A DNA stretch of 28,469 nt, from positions 1 to 28,469 of the IMG/VR virus record IMGVR_UViG_3300032250_000578. One strand, written 5' to 3'. Below, in pieces: positions 25,781-28,469 of the stretch. Source of the stretch: a virus. Its lineage: Duplodnaviria > Caudoviricetes. Under the pieces are notes generated by a model. That model had not been told where the DNA came from, ran no database searches, and worked only from the letters and a program-made list of their open reading frames with translations. How positions within the stretch are numbered: the stretch's first letter is position 1; every line of letters begins with the position of its first letter. A program made the translations under genes and the position numbers.

Positions 25781-26557
25781 TCATTGCGGAATTATATCTT
25801 TTAATACATGGAACCGAGCATGTGCATGTATCCGTTCACACAGATTGTCTGCCACTCGTTGATGGTTGCGTGGACCCGAATGATCTAAATCTCTTGACAG
25901 GCCGTCAACTGGATTTCTAAAATCTTCAACATCAATTACAAAAATTGGGATATCAAGCTGGTGACACAGATGTCGTATTGCTAGTTCATTTCGTTGTTGA
26001 TCTACAATGCTGTTAGTGTCAGTGAACCACCAATTGCGGAACGCAGACTGAGTTGTTATTTCTTTCCACTGCGGAGACATGACATTACTCACATTGTCTT
26101 GATTTATTATTTCAAATCTTTCTTTAAATGTGGTTTGCAACACCACTGCATGAGGTTTTAACACAGGCAACCAATACTGTGCGAGTCTGAACATCAGTCC
26201 ATTTGATGCACCCAATACTCCAAAATTGTCAACAGGTAATTTTAGTTGGTTTCCAAGATAGTAGTGATATAACTCATAGTCAGGCAAGCCAATGCCAGCA
26301 GTGAAACTACAACCAAACACAGCAATACCTCGGGAATCAACATTGATTTCTCTTGACCTAAATCCTTGTGAATTAAACTCGTAGGTTAATTTGGTTCTTG
26401 GATGATCTGAATCAATCCAGCCATTTGATCCCAACAACCTTACTGTTTCTATACGTTCTAAATTTGTATTGAATCTTTCTTCACTGTCGCTGCTGCACCA
26501 GTTTAAAGTTTTGCCGGCATACTGTTGTTGTACGTGGCTTGGTGTATTTTCAAACAT
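25781..26557 (-). CDS. SGNH-like hydrolase or acyltransferase, tandem paralogue
   Basis: Motifs NSQGFR, VFGCSFTAG, NFGVLGAS and RDLDHSG (DxxH); shares the LA.YW.P.L.P segment with its neighbour. Confidence 0.7.
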   Translation of the reverse strand: MFENTPSHVQQQYAGKTLNWCSSDSEERFNTNLERIETVRLLGSNGWIDSDHPRTKLTYEFNSQGFRSREINVDSRGIAVFGCSFTAGIGLPDYELYHYYLGNQLKLPVDNFGVLGASNGLMFRLAQYWLPVLKPHAVVLQTTFKERFEIINQDNVSNVMSPQWKEITTQSAFRNWWFTDTNSIVDQQRNELAIRHLCHQLDIPIFVIDVEDFRNPVDGLSRDLDHSGPRNHQRVADNLCERIHAHARFHVLKDIIPQ

Positions 26558-27689
26558 CTGCTAACTCCGGCCATAACTGCTGAAACTGTCCCGACTGATC
26601 TGTATGATACCGAGTTTCAATTTCTTTAATATGATATTTGAATTTTTTCTCTATTCCGGGTCTTGCTGCTGTGACTGCGCGATAGGTGGTCAAGGCGTTG
26701 TCAAAGAACATGCGTTCAGCAGGAGTGGCAATACCCATTGCATAAAAACGTTCTATCTCAGCAATGGCTTCGGCTGCCACAGCAGGGCCATGCAAGAACG
26801 GATCTAGGTATTCGGGCTGGAATAGGTTCTGCCACAGCACAGTGGTTCCAGTGTCTTCGGCAAATTGTCGCAGTTCACAGATGCGTGTGGCATTGTAGAT
26901 GTTGTACACTGCATGTATACCGCCCCAGTGTCCCTGTGTGGTCATTAGATTTTTAATCAGGCCAAGATTGCGTTGAATCTCACTCCACTCAGCACCATGA
27001 CGCACATATTCCAATCTTGGGCCAATGTTGTCAAAGCTCATGCTCCATCCAACTTTATTTCGTTTTGCCAGTTTCTGAAATATCTTGTTGTTTTCAAGAT
27101 CGCCAGTTAGATTGGTGATCAAGGTGACAATTGCATCCTTTGGTATTACATCCAGTAGTCTGTTGTTTTCTGGCAGCAGCAGGGGTTCGCCGCCAACTAG
27201 TGCAACTTCGTGTATGTGTTCATAGTGCTGTTCAATAAAGTCACACACTGCATCGTAATAGGGTCTTGCACCGGACTTGACCTGAATGCCTTTTAACGAA
27301 GCCCACTTGCTACTGCATGCTTCAGCACAGTAATTGCAACTTAGATTGCAAGTGGTGTTCCAACGCACATCCACAATCACTGGGTAATGATATTGATCGC
27401 CTGCGGTAGCATAATCAAATCCGGGATTTACATCGTTATGCCATTTTCTTTCTGAATCAGCACCAAAGCGTTCGGCACGCACACAGTTGGAACAGTACTC
27501 ATGAGCTCGTCCCTGCGACAGCTCAGTGCGAATTTCTGTCATCAAGTCACTGTTGAGGATCTGTTCAATGGTCTGTGTGTTTAGGTTACCCAGCATGTTG
27601 GGGTTGCCGGCACAACAGGTTTTTACATCACCACGTGGGTTTATATGGAGGCCGCGCCAGGGAGCGGCACAATAGAATTTATCAGTCAT
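26550..27689 (-). CDS. radical SAM enzyme with N-terminal SPASM/Twitch-type domain
   Basis: N-terminal YCAAPW...G.VKTCC...CSNC, then CNLSCNYC and VGGEP; TAAATA 4 nt upstream. Confidence 0.88.
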   Translation of the reverse strand: MTDKFYCAAPWRGLHINPRGDVKTCCAGNPNMLGNLNTQTIEQILNSDLMTEIRTELSQGRAHEYCSNCVRAERFGADSERKWHNDVNPGFDYATAGDQYHYPVIVDVRWNTTCNLSCNYCAEACSSKWASLKGIQVKSGARPYYDAVCDFIEQHYEHIHEVALVGGEPLLLPENNRLLDVIPKDAIVTLITNLTGDLENNKIFQKLAKRNKVGWSMSFDNIGPRLEYVRHGAEWSEIQRNLGLIKNLMTTQGHWGGIHAVYNIYNATRICELRQFAEDTGTTVLWQNLFQPEYLDPFLHGPAVAAEAIAEIERFYAMGIATPAERMFFDNALTTYRAVTAARPGIEKKFKYHIKEIETRYHTDQSGQFQQLWPELADV

Positions 27690-27707
27690 CCTGTATTTAC
27701 AGGAGTA

Positions 27708-28145
27708 TCATTGGCACCAACTTGTTTTGGCCTCACCGTAATATTCACGTGCAAAGCCATTGGCAATCAACTGCTGACGTAGACTAACACCGTTTAGGAG
27801 TACATCGCCTAACACACGGCCGCCATACTTGTCCCAGTCCATTAGCACAATCTGTCGTTTTTGGCTGTTGGCAATCAGTTGTTTGGTAAACGCTGTGGCT
27901 GCTTCTCCACGCTGTGCTTCACTGGCACACTGGGCACGATGTCCTTTTTCAGGGGTATCGACGCCAAATACACGAATACTGAGTTCCTGCTTGAGTGGTG
28001 CTGGTAACCAAGTGGCAGCAATGCCCACAGTGTCGCCATCAATCACACGGGTGATCACAGCGTCATATACAACACCGGGCTTTTGTTTGGGTTGTGCTAG
28101 TGCCAATACGGGCACAATGAGTAAGAGAGCGAATAGTTTTTTCAT
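27708..28145 (-). CDS. thermonuclease (staphylococcal nuclease family) with signal peptide
   Basis: Signal-like N-terminus MKKLFALLLIVPVLALA; motifs RVIDGDT, IRVFGVDTPE, DKYGGRVLG and LI.NG.A. Confidence 0.88.
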   Translation of the reverse strand: MKKLFALLLIVPVLALAQPKQKPGVVYDAVITRVIDGDTVGIAATWLPAPLKQELSIRVFGVDTPEKGHRAQCASEAQRGEAATAFTKQLIANSQKRQIVLMDWDKYGGRVLGDVLLNGVSLRQQLIANGFAREYYGEAKTSWCQ

Positions 28146-28156
28146 ACGGATATTTA

Positions 28157-28435
28157 TCAGGTGTAATACACAATTTCGCCAGTGGTGGGATTGTAGGCCA
28201 TTTGATAAAAACCTGCGGGCAGTCCTGCACTACCACCGTTAGCAATTCCAGCAGCAATTTGTGTTAATGCGCCCGAACTGTTGCCAATAAACACTTGGTC
28301 CGTACTTTGATCAACCACCAGTTCGCCAGGTCTGGCATTGCCGTTGTAGTTTTCTATTGTTACTTGTGCATTGTCCTTCATCACAGCACGAGAGATGCCT
28401 GTAATGTCGTTGTATGGTGGTGGTGGATTGGCCAT
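28157..28435 (-). CDS. small hypothetical protein, possibly virion-associated
   Basis: 92 aa with GELVVD...VFIGN..G and YNPTTGEIVY, segments common in phage fibre and structural proteins. Confidence 0.6.
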   Translation of the reverse strand: MANPPPPYNDITGISRAVMKDNAQVTIENYNGNARPGELVVDQSTDQVFIGNSSGALTQIAAGIANGGSAGLPAGFYQMAYNPTTGEIVYYT

Positions 28436-28469
28436 TGGTTAATTCTTTATAATTTTAAGCGTAAACTGC

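Noticed and set aside
1-28469. tRNA or rRNA genes, introns, inteins in terL/uvsX/uvsW, integrase, stop-codon recoding
   Set aside because: None seen. Intergenic gaps are short, core proteins are of normal length, and TAA, TGA and TAG all end genes.

Overview
This is a 28.5 kb segment of a large T4-like tailed dsDNA phage genome, read with the standard genetic code and coded mostly on the minus strand. The replication, recombination and packaging core comprises a DNA primase (truncated by the window edge and missing from the ORF track), a probable gp62-like clamp-loader subunit, a UvsW-like helicase, UvsY, UvsX/RecA, a gp32-like SSB and the large terminase. Accessory genes lie between them: a ~7 kb glycan-modification cluster (five GT-like proteins, two KpsS-like proteins, a cytidylyltransferase-cupin fusion and a methyltransferase), two radical SAM enzymes with N-terminal SPASM/Twitch domains, three SGNH-like proteins and a thermonuclease. 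The most unusual observations are: (1) a 192-aa miniature DnaE-like protein that keeps the catalytic motifs and ends a tightly coupled six-gene operon; (2) a 3' hairpin of an early AAA-ATPase unit carrying a perfect 10-nt antisense copy of that gene's own ribosome-binding site; (3) two promoter classes (sigma70-type and TAAATA late-type) placed 4-7 nt from start codons, implying widespread leaderless mRNAs; (4) a 671-aa probable protease-processed head polyprotein. All calls come from motif recognition by eye; no database searches were run.
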